Below, one piece after another: positions 24,327-37,550 of a stretch of 37,908 bases of DNA (positions are counted from its first letter, which is position 1; each line of letters begins with the position of its first letter). The notes under the pieces were generated by a model that was not told the DNA's origin, ran no database searches, and saw only the letters and a program-made list of their open reading frames with translations. A program made the position numbers and the translations under genes. Source of the DNA: Conidiobolus incongruus B7586 (Eukaryota). The stretch is taken from NCBI GenBank assembly GCA_000697335.1, contig JNEM01012537.1:1-37908 (forward strand), in the 5' to 3' direction.

Positions 24327-24854
24327 TTATAAGAATAAGTAAGCCAAAAAAGCAACAAAACTGATAGGCGTGAGATGACTATTTTGACCAGCACCACTAC
24401 TACTTGACGATGTGTTATTCTTAGATTTGGACACGAGGATAGTCGAAGCTGAAGCCGAGGATGAATCAGTAGTACTTACCGAGGACGATGAGCTTGAAGG
24501 AGTAGGCTTACCCGTTTCCGAAGAATTGGTAGCACTCACAGTTGGAGGAATGGTCAAAGTTTGATTCTTACTGTGCTCAGGCACTTTTGGACAATAATTA
24601 TCGGCCGCATTCTTAAATCCAGAATATTGACTATCGTTGGAATAACATCTCTGGAAACATATCAAAATATCTTGATTTTTGCGGCATAAACAAACATTAT
24701 CATCGGGAGAACAGTAGCTTAAGAACAGTTTCCCACGCTCAACACATTCCTTGAATACAGATTCCAATTGACATGGACCTTCCGACGATGTGAGCTGGGA
24801 GTTGACAGTTGCAAATCCAATTAATGACATGGTAATAGCATTGATGAATTTCAT
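24327..24854 (-). CDS. GPI-anchored Ser/Thr-rich protein with an 8-Cys (CFEM-like) domain
   Basis: Signal peptide, 8 Cys including CxC (C..C..C..CLC..C..C..YC), Ser/Thr stalk, SSGAG omega region and hydrophobic C-terminus. Confidence 0.85.
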   Translation of the reverse strand: MKFINAITMSLIGFATVNSQLTSSEGPCQLESVFKECVERGKLFLSYCSPDDNVCLCRKNQDILICFQRCYSNDSQYSGFKNAADNYCPKVPEHSKNQTLTIPPTVSATNSSETGKPTPSSSSSSVSTTDSSSASASTILVSKSKNNTSSSSSGAGQNSHLTPISFVAFLAYLFL

Positions 24855-25528
24855 AGTAAGTTCAATAAATAAATAAATAGAATAAATAAAAGTTTTGTAT
24901 AAGTTGAATTGTAGTACCTCATGATCATTTATACTAGTAACCTGAATACCTCCAAACCATCATGAATCAAGCTATCAACAATAACATGCCTCCATTACCA
25001 TAAGTGCAATTACTAGAAATAGATCCACGAATATTTTGACATTATTAAACACTACAACTAACATCAACAATATCACATTTCTTTCAATATAATTCCAACC
25101 TATTCCAAATTTGGTAATCTATCAAACGCTTTAGTTTATTTATTTAAATTTTAAGACATTTTAATTGGTTGATTAGAAGATTTTTATCAACAAATAAATT
25201 TATAGTTAAAAAAATTAAAATTTGGAATATATGCTGAAATATTTTAATTTTAGAATGATTGTTAGATTCTTTTTATTATAATAGTTATAAATATAATTAA
25301 TAATAATAATACTTTTTTGGGTATTGGTATTCAATTATTGTTATTTAATATAAATTGTTGAAATTATTAAAATTCTAGTAGTTAATTAGATTTCATTATT
25401 TGGAATTGACTGAATATAGATTATTAAAACTATAAAATGGCTAATAAAAATATATTCTAGACTTATTCAATATATATTTATTCTTTGACCTAATAATTAT
25501 GATGTTTTATTTAATATTTAAAAATTTT

Positions 25529-27524
25529 TTAAAATTCCATGGATATATTATCTAAAGTTAATAATCAATATATGCATAATTCAAAACTCAGATAGTTAAA
25601 AATTTAAATTACCTTTCTGTAATTTGGAATTAATTTTTTCGACAAATTCTTTAAAGTATTTGATATGGGGTGCTAAATCCGTTGATGTCCATGCTAAATT
25701 ATTAATATCAGCATTACTGGGTTTGAATATTCAAAATTACCAATTACCTAATTTTGATGATTGACTAGCAGTATCGTTATCACTATTTAATTTCCTGCGC
25801 TTCGTCTCGGATTGGTGAATTTGATTCACTAGATTTTGAAGTTTGGGCGCTTCTAAGGGGTTGAAGTGATCAAAATCTGACGGTGGGATTGGAATACATA
25901 CTCGTTCTAAATATTGGATTAAATGATGGAATGGTGAGTATAGTTGGTAAATTTACCAGTCTTGGGATGGACACAGAAAGGAGCCTTAAGCAAGTGGTTG
26001 AGGTGAGTCGATACGTTCACATCCAGTCTCGGGTAAATGTACTGAAATTTGAAATCGCGAATAGCGTTGTCGAATACTGAAGTTGATTTGGATTTCTATG
26101 ATGGTTTGATATTAATAAAGGTAATTATAATAATTATAGAGAGTAAATATACCATTTTCTTAGCATTAGACTGTATCAAATTGACTAACTCTTCCCACCT
26201 TGCCTCAGAGCTTTGATCGTCCATAAGCCAGGATTCGGTTAAAGTTTTGCGGTCAGACTGACTCAACACTAAACTATATGAATATCATTGTAATAACAAT
26301 ATGAATGATATATATAATTACCCAACTCAGGGAAAAACTCAAAAACCTTATTCCATCTCGTCTCATCCAACAAAATTTCCTGATCCCTCAATGCGATTTC
26401 ATAGAATTTATCATCAATGAAATTGACTAAACGTCTGTAGCCAAATTAAATATATGTAATGTAGATTAAGTGGTTAATATTACTTCAAACTTGGATGTAA
26501 ATGATTAGTTAAATTCACTTTACGTCCTTGATTGATACCACCCTAACATATATATATATATATATATTAGACTTTTAGTATATATAAATAATGAATGATA
26601 TACCTTAATGATATCGATATAATTGACAATGGATCTCCTTTGATCGTTATTTAATAATCTTGCTCGTTCGTCACATACCCAAATGTGAATACCTCTGCGC
26701 CCTGAATAAACTACTAAAATATTTTGAAAATTGAAATCCTCTAAACAGTTATATTATATTAAATTATATCAGATTAAATATTATATTAAGTGATTAGAAT
26801 TGATTCATTATGAATTACCTGTTAAAACATTGTAAATAATTTTTAAGGCAACTGTCATAAATTTCCAACATTTTGTACAAATATTAGCTTCACTAAATAT
26901 TATTGATTATTTATTAATTATTAAAATAATTAAAATTAACTTACGAACAACAACTTCTAATTTCATCATAATCAGTTAAATCGATATCGAATACTAATTC
27001 CTTCGATACAGGTTGAAATGCTGCAGGTCTTAAACTATTCTTCAATTTGGGCTATCCAATAACACATTAATATTATAAATTTATATATTAATGCATTATT
27101 AATATTACAGGTTGAGTATAAACACTTCCAATATCAATTTTAATGGGATTAAACTGTCCCAATTTTAATTTCAATTCATTAGCATTATCAAAACTCTGAT
27201 AACGTATATAAATATCGTCAGGTAATGTAAAACTAAATTCTCGGGAAGTAAAGTTGCTATTGGGTACTAAATTTGAATTAGTACTAGAACCGTATTGAAT
27301 TAAAAATAGTTACTCGTATTGGAGTAGTTCAACCACTGAAACATAAGCTGGTAAGGGAAACACTTTTGGTAGTATAATCGCATATTCTCCCCAAAGTTTT
27401 GAGTTTCGAAACCGTTTAAAATATCGTCAGGTCTAAAATTGGGTTAATTTGTGATAATTTACATTATTAAAATATTTTACAGGTTATCAAACTCCATAGT
27501 ATTTTTATCAGTTTGAATAGTCAT
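25529..27524 (-). CDS. PRI1: DNA primase small (catalytic) subunit, 13 exons
   Basis: Manual splicing over 12 short GT-AG introns gives [108 protein letters not shown] and ends SMEF*. Confidence 0.95.
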
Positions 27525-27643
27525 AATTTCTTTAATTTTTTAAATTAAATCTTAGTATAATAAATCTTTAAACAGTGGGTAATGTTGAGTATTTATCATA
27601 ATTTTAATTTCATTATGTTTTTTTGGGATTGTTTTGCTAGAGA

Positions 27644-27710
27644 CACGAAATATGATTGGACGGTTATGGATATAATGATAAGGATGAATAATCACGAAAT
27701 GGCTGATTGG
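27644..27710. promoter_or_regulatory. Two SCB-like (CACGAAA) plus CCAAT modules upstream of PRI1
   Basis: CACGAAA at 27644 and 27693, each followed by TGATTGG (27653, 27704), 120-190 bp upstream of the PRI1 ATG. Confidence 0.5.
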
Positions 27711-28890
27711 CTGATGAAGAGACACTAAATTTTCATCCAATCATTGTTGGAATTCCATTAACCAGTTAAAATCAATTATAGTAAGTAATGATTCACATAT
27801 TATAACTTTTAATTAAAATAAAAATTATAGCATCAATAAATATAATTCAATTTTGAATAAATCCCAATTAATTCAAAATTTATATCTCTCGTTTTAATAT
27901 TATTTATTTCAATATACAAATTTTAAAGTTTTAAAATATGATTGGACCATTAGATGAGTGTGTGGTAATGAAAATGATTGGATGGTATATTTTGGAATAA
28001 TAACAGGTTGGAAATGTTTAAGTATTGATTCAAATATCAAAATTTATATATTTGTAGCTGCCAAAACTTAGGAAATTTGGAAACTAAAAGTAAGGTTTAA
28101 TCTTTAAGTAATTTAATTGTTTTTGATATTAACTGTAGTCAACTAATGATAGTGCCAATAATTTCAAGTTCACAATCAATAACTGCCATTATTTATTGCT
28201 TTGAATTAGCCAAAGTCAAGTTTAATCAACATTTTTTAATAAATTACAAGGTTTAATACTTCTGAATATTTAATTCAACACAATCTTTATTGGAAATAAT
28301 TAGTTATTATCCCAATAAACTACCTAATTTGATTAATTTTCATTACTAATAAATTATTAATCAAAGATATTATCATTTTTTTTCTTTAAAATTATAAAAA
28401 TAATTTTTCCCAAAAATAGATATTTTAATTTAATTAATAAAAATTAATTAATTTTGTTCTTTTTTTATTTTATTTTATTTTAAAAATTAAATTTAATATT
28501 AATTTAAAATTATTTATTAAACTTTTGTATCAGTATTAAATTGAAAATTAAATAATTTTTTAATTTGAACTTGTTTCGAAATTTGAAAATTACTCACTCA
28601 TTTTTATTAAATTTCTTATTAGAAAAAAAATTAAGATTAATAATGTGTTTGTTTTGTATAAATGATTAATTTATATAAATTTTACCTTAAATTAATAAAA
28701 TTAGTTGGTAATTTGGAGGGGGATTTAAACGATTCGAAACGCAACGCCATTTTACCAAGTTTCAAATTTGTTGTAATGTATGAACTTTCTATAATATTAT
28801 TAATACTATATATACTCTGGCTATCGGCAAGTAAATATTTTTGTAAGTTGTTATTATCATTCTTTCTAATTAAAAATTTTTTCACCCGTA

Positions 28891-29304
28891 ATGAAATTGA
28901 ATTCCATTGTATTATTGTTGGCAGCTGGTGTCATGTGTCAGCAGCAAGATCACGACCACGACCACAGTAATCACAATCACGACAATGTGGGAGGAGCGGT
29001 AGCTTCTGCAGGTAATGTCGCTGCAACAGCGATTAACAACGCTGCGAGTACAATTGCCGGCGCAATTGGTCAGGCTACGTCCATGGCGAATAAGGACAGC
29101 AACAACGCAGCGAAGACCATGTCGTCAGTCGCGGGATCTATGGCGAGTGCTGCTAGCAGTATGAAGAGTGCGATGTCGTCTTCTGCATCATCTGCGAGTG
29201 CATCGAGTAAACCTTCATCCTCCAATATGAATTATCCTAATACTGTTGCTGCGGGATTATTGACTTTGTCATCAGTTGTATTAGCTAGTATTATGTATAT
29301 TTAG
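28891..29304 (+). CDS. Small GPI-anchored Ala/Ser-rich protein with a His/Asp-rich N-terminus
   Basis: Signal peptide, QQQDHDHDHSNHNHDN, Ala/Ser/Met-rich body and hydrophobic C-terminal tail. Confidence 0.85.
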   Translation: MKLNSIVLLLAAGVMCQQQDHDHDHSNHNHDNVGGAVASAGNVAATAINNAASTIAGAIGQATSMANKDSNNAAKTMSSVAGSMASAASSMKSAMSSSASSASASSKPSSSNMNYPNTVAAGLLTLSSVVLASIMYI

Positions 29305-29444
29305 AGTAAATCCCCCACTCATTTTCATTCGTGCTGCATTTTAATAAATTTCAATACATTTAAAATCATTAACAAATAATACATATAAACATCACATATT
29401 TATTAAACATTTAAAAAATAATATACAATACAATGAACAAAGTG

Positions 29445-31792
29445 TTAAAATATTAACTCTATGTTGTTCTGGTTCAAGTACAGATTGAGAGTTAGAAAAA
29501 CTTCCTTAGCAATGGGTAACTCTTTGGAGTAGTGGAAGATGACACTGATCATAAATTCCAAATGATTAAGGATGTGGTCGATATTGTGTGATTGAAGGGT
29601 GGTGATTGGGTCATGCATCAGGATTGGAGGTGGAAGCTCCTCATGGAATGGAAATTGGCCAGTACTAGATTGTCGTATTGGAATAGTGTCGATACGTCGG
29701 TGAACAATGGTTGCATTTGGATCGTTGGGCGGGAATTTGTCAAGGATTTGGTTGTAGGCAATAAGTGCTCGGCATAGGGTGAGACACGCTTTCGATATCA
29801 TCAAGTACTTATTGTTCAAAAGATAACTGTTGAAATGGTCACCAAGTATCCAGATCAACTGCGAGACTTTGTAGCTCGCTAAAAGACATCGATGTGCACT
29901 GTATTTCCTCACGATGTCGGATTGCGAAAGGTTAGAAGGCGTCCATATGAGACTGAATTTGCTCATTTTTTCATAAATGCATGTGATAAGCAAATAACTC
30001 CACAAGTGGATATAAATCGTGAACTTTTGCGGTTTCCGAGGTTGTGATGTAGTGACGATAGAGAGTTGACGTAGCCTTAGATCAGTGGTCAAAATGTCAA
30101 ACTCAGGGAAGACACTCTGCAATGTGTAGTATTGGATAGATGTGTTGAATTGGGGTGGAATATTGACTAAGATGTATTGCACATTCCTTTCTAAACGAAT
30201 AGCTTCCATCAGTTTGGATTGGATGTGGTCGTATTGATCCATTTCATAAATGATGATAGAGTTGTTGAATTGTGTGCTTTTATAGTATACTCTACCTATT
30301 TCTAGCAAAAATCTCATTGTAACAAAGTCGTGATGCTTGCACTGAGGGAAATATTCATCAGTATTGAACTGGCAGGGTGTAGCCACATTGTCATAGGTGT
30401 GAGATTGATGGCAAGGCTGATGAAATGAAGGGTGATTCAATGGTAATTCGAACAATGGATTACTAAATAAATCGCCAGACAGTTGGGGTGACGAATTAAT
30501 AGCAGATATGACAGCTAAATCAATAAAATAAGCGATCGCACCGATTCGAAGTCGCATGAGTCGCAATGGTTCATGGGCATTGGGACCTGGATACTTTTTT
30601 ATGCAGCCGAGTCCGATAGACATTCTGATGGCAATATCATTCAGTCTCACCCATTTAGAGTTCTTATCCTTGAGTTTAGGAAATGTTCTCAACATGAACA
30701 ACGCCTGACAAATGAAAATATGTGGAATTCTAAAATACATCTGAATAGAATTTTTGGTTTCGGTTTCAAATAATTCATGATATTGGCTTAAAGATGGGAC
30801 AATTGCAATAGTCACTAAACATATTACATTCACAAGGAATCTAAAGAATGGCCAAGATCCTTGGTGAACATTGACAGTGCCCGAGTTGTACTGGTCTAAT
30901 AGCCAGAGAAAATGCTCGGGATCTAGGAGAGGGTAGGAAAAGTGGATGCGTTTGAAGTATTCCATGCACAGGGTCTTTACCAACGTCTGCCAACTCAAGT
31001 TCAAATGCGCTCGTTTGGGGAATACTGAAGTGATGGTATGAGGCAGAGGAACAGGTGCAAATCTAGCAATTTTGGCATTAAACAAACTAGTATTAATGTC
31101 TGGATCTGATAAATATTCGACAAACGAAGCGTTTGTAAACATATACGCTATAGGACTGAATCCCTGCACTTCAAACCTGCCATTTGGATATAGTGCTAAC
31201 AATACGTGCTTATGCAACTGACAATGCGCCGTCTTAGAAGCCAATTTAATCAAACTTTGGTCCGAATAGTTCAAGCTACTTGGGTTAGTTTTACTCCTAG
31301 AAATTAATTTCCGAGACTGGTTAACACTGTAAGGAACTATTTTTATCTGTTTAAATTCTCCCTCGCCCCTATTGAGTCTGTTATGTAATTCTAAAACGGA
31401 ATACCCCTGGGCACTGATACTCTGGTATAGGGGATACGAGTTCAACTTATTAGAGTAGGAAAATTTCCTCCTAGTTACCTAACATTTGAGTAAGTTCTAT
31501 TGAATTTTAAATTAGTATAAATTCAAATTACTTCAGTATTCTCTATCTCCGGAGTAAAAAACTTCAACCTTGAAGTTAAATTAGGCTGAAGGTCCTGAGT
31601 CCTGTCCTTATAAATACACTGGAGTTGTTTGGCCAGACACTTTGAACAACCTGTCAAATTCCCATCACATTTTATCTTACGAATGCGACACCTCTCGCAA
31701 GCTCTAGCAGCTCTAGAAGTTTGTTTGGGTTTTATTGTCGCATCTGTACTCGTTGTAGTTGTATTATTATTTTCTATAAAACTATTTACCAT
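29445..31792 (-). CDS. Zn(II)2Cys6 fungal transcription factor; exons 31792-31532 and 31478-29445 (about 764 aa)
   Basis: ACERCRIRKIKCDGNLTGCSKCLAKQLQC cluster in exon 1. A 53-nt GTAATT...TAG intron joins it in frame to the 666-aa ORF carrying the middle homology region (YFKRIHFSYPLL; AIRMSIGLG). Confidence 0.9.
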
Positions 31793-33544
31793 TATTATTA
31801 ATATTATTTTTAAATTTAATTAAAAATTAATTTAAGACAAGTAAATAAAAATTAAGGAAAAAATCAATTTGAAAGTGGGATTTGAATTTAGAGAATACAA
31901 TTTATGTTTAAAATTACCTCAAATTTGAAATGTCCTTTTGATCTTAATATCCCAATTCCAGAAAAGAGATAATAATAATTGATTAGTCACTCTATAAATT
32001 ACCAATATATTGTAATTTCATTATAAACCTCTAAATTTCACAATCCTTTAAATCCATTCTATATGGTTAGCTTATTATCTGATTCATATATTTTAATATT
32101 GGTATTATGGTACCTGTCTAAAAATTGTGTAGTTTGAAAAGTATTAGTAAATTTTACTGAGTTTTACTAAGTTTATTTTGCGCTTCCTATAAGTCAAATG
32201 CATGATAGCTGAATATATTGGTGAGTGTATTTTGCTTTTGTTAGCATATTCATATATATGACGAAAGAAAATTTTGATTTTTTAAATTGGTTTAAACTTG
32301 AATAGGTTGAATATATAAATTAAAAAATCCCAAAATATACTAAAATTCTGATACATCCAATATTCAATGAATTATAAAAACTTTGGTAATATAAATAGCA
32401 ATAGATAAAACTTCTATGAATATTAAACTATAATATTGATTTAGTTTTATCATTGTTTGCATTGAATTCATTAAATACAATTGTTTGTTTCAAAAATGAC
32501 CTTGATAGATTTATTTGTCAATAACAAAAAGATTGATTATATATATTTGCGCGTATTGGTCATTTTGATATAAACGGTTAATTTTTTTTCTGAGTTTGAA
32601 TTACAAATTCAATATTGAATCAAGTTCCAAATATTTAGTTCTATATCGAATTAAACTTGATTATATTTCTAACAAATTATTAACTCTAATTTGATTTCCT
32701 CTAATCTATTATTTGAAACATTGATTTAGCTGGTGATTTTAAGTATAAAAATTGAATCATATTGATAATATCTAGATATATTAGGATTAAATTAATATAT
32801 ACATTGTGTATTAGGAATATTTGTTTCACAATCATTTCCAGTTTTAGTATACTATCAAAATATTATTTTCCATAATTTATTATGAATATACTATTTGGCA
32901 CCTTTCAATTGTAATGTTTTTTGAATTATAATGTAACCAATGATTGTAAAGTAATTTTGAGATATTAAATGATTTGGTAATATCATAGTGTCTAATTTAT
33001 CAAATGTTAATCTTTAGCTAAAATTCCTAAAGTCAATTTTTTATTTTAATAATCTGTAATAAACTTTATATGAAATAAATATATCTGAGAAATAATAAAA
33101 TCATAAAATAAATAATACTTTATTTGAATTAATATAATATATTAAATTTAAAAATCATTAATTTTCAATAAAATTTTTAATATCATATATTTTAAATAAA
33201 ATTCACTAATAACAAACCTTATTAAATAAATAATATACATTTACATAATTAATATTCTTAAAATAACTAAAATCTGTTTCAACCAATTTCTCAATTACCA
33301 CTCCAGTGATGTTATAAATAATCGCTGATTTGTTTGAATAATTATAAAGTGAAGATGATAAGCTTGATAGTGAAAAATTTTATAGAATGGGATTATTGGA
33401 TTGTAACTGGTAAATAATACAATTTTCAAATTAATAATAAACAAAAATAGCCAAAATATTAATAATGAGAAATTGAAAAAATTAATACTTTAAAAAAATA
33501 TAATTATTAAAATATTAATTAATGGATTAAGTGAGTACTTTAAT

Positions 33545-35805
33545 ATCATTCTAATATAAAAGTTTTATGAGGAAATTGAGCCGCTCTACCAATTAACCAC
33601 TTCCAACTCGACATGCACAAAATATAAAGTCTGTACTTCAGACCATCCACCGCCAGCTGCGATATTATGAGGCAATTGCGTAGTTTATCATTATATTGGA
33701 GTACTCCCAGCGGGTTGAATGGATGATCATACTTGGAATTGTAGAGAAACCTAAGGAAATTGAATTCTCATATTTTGTTAAAGTACAATTGATGACTTGG
33801 GGACAATTGGCTAACTCTGCGATGGTAGGTAATTAGCAGTCTGGCAAGAGCCATTCATGCTCTAATGAGGAACAAGTACCTCAAACTGATGTAGAATTGA
33901 TGGAATACGTCTCCCATTAGCTTGAAAATTTCAATTTTGCCAATAACTATTAGTGTGTTTTAACTGGTATAACGTTCTCGTAATTCAAAGGTTAGGTACT
34001 GAGGGTTGAAATCATAGCTGGGAATCAATTGCAGATAGCATGTCCAGACACTGACGTAAGGCGAGATTTTGTCTTACAAGCTGGTGGAAATCAGGTAGTA
34101 CCAGCGTTGGATATAAACCGTGAAATGCATGTCCTTCGTCGGTAGTTCCTTCAGGGTAGGAATATGTGCGGGCGATAGAATGTATTCAGTACTTGATACT
34201 GAAAGCATTAGTCCAAAGCACACATGGTGCCAATTCGTCGAACCAATGGAGCTTGACGTCAACGGAAGTGGCAGCACTGAATAGAATAGCTTAACCTTGG
34301 CTTATAAATTGCCGGCTTAGTGAAATATTTGATACATATTCTGAAAATTATGAAATTCATTATAAAAGAAGCTTTGAAAAGATATAACATAATAAAACTT
34401 CATAAATTGTATTATGCAACTGATTTCTAAAGTATCGTGACTGAATATATGTTCTAAACTTTGGGGACTGAAATTGACAAATTGTTTCATCCCTAGGTTG
34501 ATTGCAGTAATCATATTTAAATATTAAATGAATGGAAAATAATGAAAAGTTACCTAAACTGATCATATTTGGATTGAGCTGAGGTAGTGTATTTACCGAC
34601 GAAGTCACATTCAAATCTGTATATTAAGCAATCGTAGCCAGCATGAGACGTGATCCTACTAGGGTTGGATTGTGTTTGAATGGGGATTGACTACATCTGG
34701 CAACACCCAAACAGTTACACATCCTCATCGCAAAATCACTATATCTTATCCGCTTGAAAGATGCTCTCCTATATGAAATTCGCAAACACTTCAGTAAAAG
34801 CATTCCTTGATATGCATAAATATGAGGATTTTTCTACATCTTGAGCACTAAGCCTAAAACACAGTCCTCAAAGTAACCACGAAGATGAGCAAAGGCACTT
34901 ATCACTGGTCCTGTTATCATGTGGATGACATATACAAGGAAATGTAACATCTTCCAAATAGGCTGTGATAGATTTAAATTCAAATCAAGTATTCAATTTT
35001 TCAAATTAATGCGCAAGTTCAAAATCTAGAAAGGTAGAGTGATATCGACAAAAATATACACATGATAAATGATAAATAACATTTTAAATTGAGACATTTT
35101 ATAATCGAATATTGGTCTCTTTTAACTAGATGTTTTTATCTGGTGCAAGGAACTGAATGGTAAAATTAAAAGATTTTAGATTGAAAAATTTAGTATCTGA
35201 TACATTCAGAAGCGTTATATCGTCTACAAAAGAAGCTAAAGTAATAATAAATCCCATGAGACTGAACCCCTGCATTACAAATATACCTGTGGGATACAGT
35301 CACACCAATGTATTCTTTGGAAATAGCAATATGGGCATCTTTATAGCAATTTTACACACCTAACTAAATATAATAATACTATTACTCAGGTAAGATAGTA
35401 TCAAACATGTTTTCGCACTCTTCTGTGCCATTTGCTGCTTTCACTGCTGTTTCTCCATTGCTTGGGTATTGATAGCTGACTCAAATTGAATAATTCTCAT
35501 AGGTTTTTTTTTAATTGTAGAGAGTTGACTTCACAGTTCTTATCAACTGTTGAGGATACGGCGGTGAACCCTCTATAGAAATCGGCAATGTGTGTTTTTT
35601 TACCAGGTTAACTCTATTTATTATTCTACTAAAATCACTTCAATATTAATATTTTAAAACTTGTAATCAATACATATTAATATATCTTTTTTTCTCATTT
35701 TGATTTAATTATAAAAAATTTCAAATTCAAATTATTATACATTGGCAATTTTCAGTCAAAATACCCCACACTGCACTGAATTCCCTGACTGAAACAATAG
35801 TCACA
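33545..35805 (-). pseudogene. Pseudogenised tandem paralogue of the Zn2Cys6 transcription factor
   Basis: Decayed cluster CDYCFSQGIQC at 35805-35745. LYPTGIFVMQGFS vs LYPNGRFEVQGFS; PHIYAYQGMLLL vs PHIFICQALFML; DFAMRMCNCLG vs DIAIRMSIGLG; TDLNVTSSVNTLPQL vs IDLAVISAINSSPQL; FTVYIQRWYYLI vs FTIYIHLWSYLL; LMGDVF..IRA*MALAR vs ILGDHF..SKACLTLCR. Multiple stops and frameshifts. Confidence 0.88.
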
Positions 35806-36309
35806 AGATTAAATACATCTCAACTTTTTACACTTACAAAAGTTACAAACTAAAAATTATAGTTTTATTTTAATCTTATATGACAATAATATTGACCCCA
35901 AAAAGTGATTTAATTAATTTTAATTAATTATTTAATATATTCTTTTATTTAAATTTAATAATGGATTACAAAAACATATTAACAATTCTAATATTATAAT
36001 AAAAACTATAAAAAAGTTTAAATCTCTATTATTTAAAAATCGAAATGATTAAAATATTATATACATAATTATAAACTTAAAATATATTAATGATTTAATT
36101 TTATGCATATTATATATAAAACTATAATAAAAATTTTAACAAGAATTAAAAATTCAAATGATTGTATAATAATTATATCAAAGTTTAAAGGAATCTAATT
36201 TTTTCATATGATTTATTATAAAGGTAATTTTTATGAATTTTTTAGATTATCTTTTGACTTTAAATATTAATTTTCAATTAACTAAGTAATTTATATTTTT
36301 ATAGTTAAT

Positions 36310-37550
36310 TTTTTAGTTAGGAAAGAAAAAAATAATAAATTTTTAATTTTTGATTTTTCAAATATAAACTCAATTTTAAAAAATAATTATATAGATAATA
36401 TATAAAAGAATTAACACTTTTCAGCTATATAAATATATTCATTTGTAATTGTTTTTATATTAAATCATATTTATTAAAATATTTATTATTAAATTTAATT
36501 ATATTTAAATTGAATAATAATTATCAAAAGTATTTAATTTTAATATTATTAAAAGTTAACTATAAATATTTTAAAGCCATTAAAGATTTTTAGTCATTTT
36601 AAAAAGATAATGATTTATCAAAAACTACCATTTATTATTAGATTTGTGATTTGAAAGTTGGAAGGAATATTATTCAAAACCTGTATAATTTTAAAAATAA
36701 TTTTGATAATTATATTATTTTAATATTTATTTTATTAATCTATTATATATTAATAAAATAAATAGCTTAAAGTTTAGTTAAAACTAATAAAAAATTTGAA
36801 ATAATTATTAAAAAAAACAAATTTTGTTAAAATATTACCAAAAAGGACTATATATTATATCATTATTAAATATAAATTTTAAATTCTTTTTTATTACCTT
36901 TAATTTAAAATTAAAATAAAATATTAAGCTAAAATAGCTTCCTTTATTAATTTTTATAAAAAAATAATATATTTTAAAGAATAGAATATATTATTATATT
37001 TTTTTATTTTATTAAAATTAAGCTAATTATTTTTAAATTTGGTATTATATTATTTATAAAATAATTCCTGATTTATATTATTATAGATTGAGATTATTTA
37101 TTATATTATATAATAGTTAAAATATATATAAAATTAATGATATTAAAAATTTTTTGCAAATAAATCTAATCTATAATATATTGGGTTCCAGACCGAAAAT
37201 AAAAAAAATTATTAGGAATTAAAAACTAATAAAAAATTGTAAAAAATTATTGATAAAAAACAAAGTTTTAATTTAATTTGTTAAAGTTTATTTTTATTTT
37301 TGACTAGGAGATTTTGCTATTATATATTTTTTATATTAATAATTATATCAATATAAATGATTTAGTTAATAAATATTTTCTTTTTTTCCTCTTAATATTT
37401 CATTATTCCTTATGATCATTTTAAATTATTATCCTCAAAATTTATAATTATTCTTCTCAATACTATAATATCTATATTGGCATTTTATTATATAAATTAA
37501 TATTTTTAAAGGCTTATATAAAACTATAAAATTATTAGATTAATTATATC
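36310..37550 (+). mobile_element. Old, degenerate mariner relic (copy D), opposite orientation
   Basis: From 36501: IFKLNNNYQKYLILILLKVNYK...LSKTTIYY*ICDLKVGRNIIQNL vs copy A MLKPNSDHQKSFILVLVKLNHK...LSKSTIYH*VNYFKARRETIQNL. K*LP near 36935 and IIPYDHFKI near 37403 (IILHDNCKI). Subterminal aaatttttaatttttgatttttcaaa matches the copy A end. Boundaries approximate. Confidence 0.78.

Noticed and set aside
28662..28970. ORFs 28662..28970 (+) and 28682..28885 (-)
   Set aside because: They lie in the promoter/5' region of the better-supported GPI gene and have no protein features.
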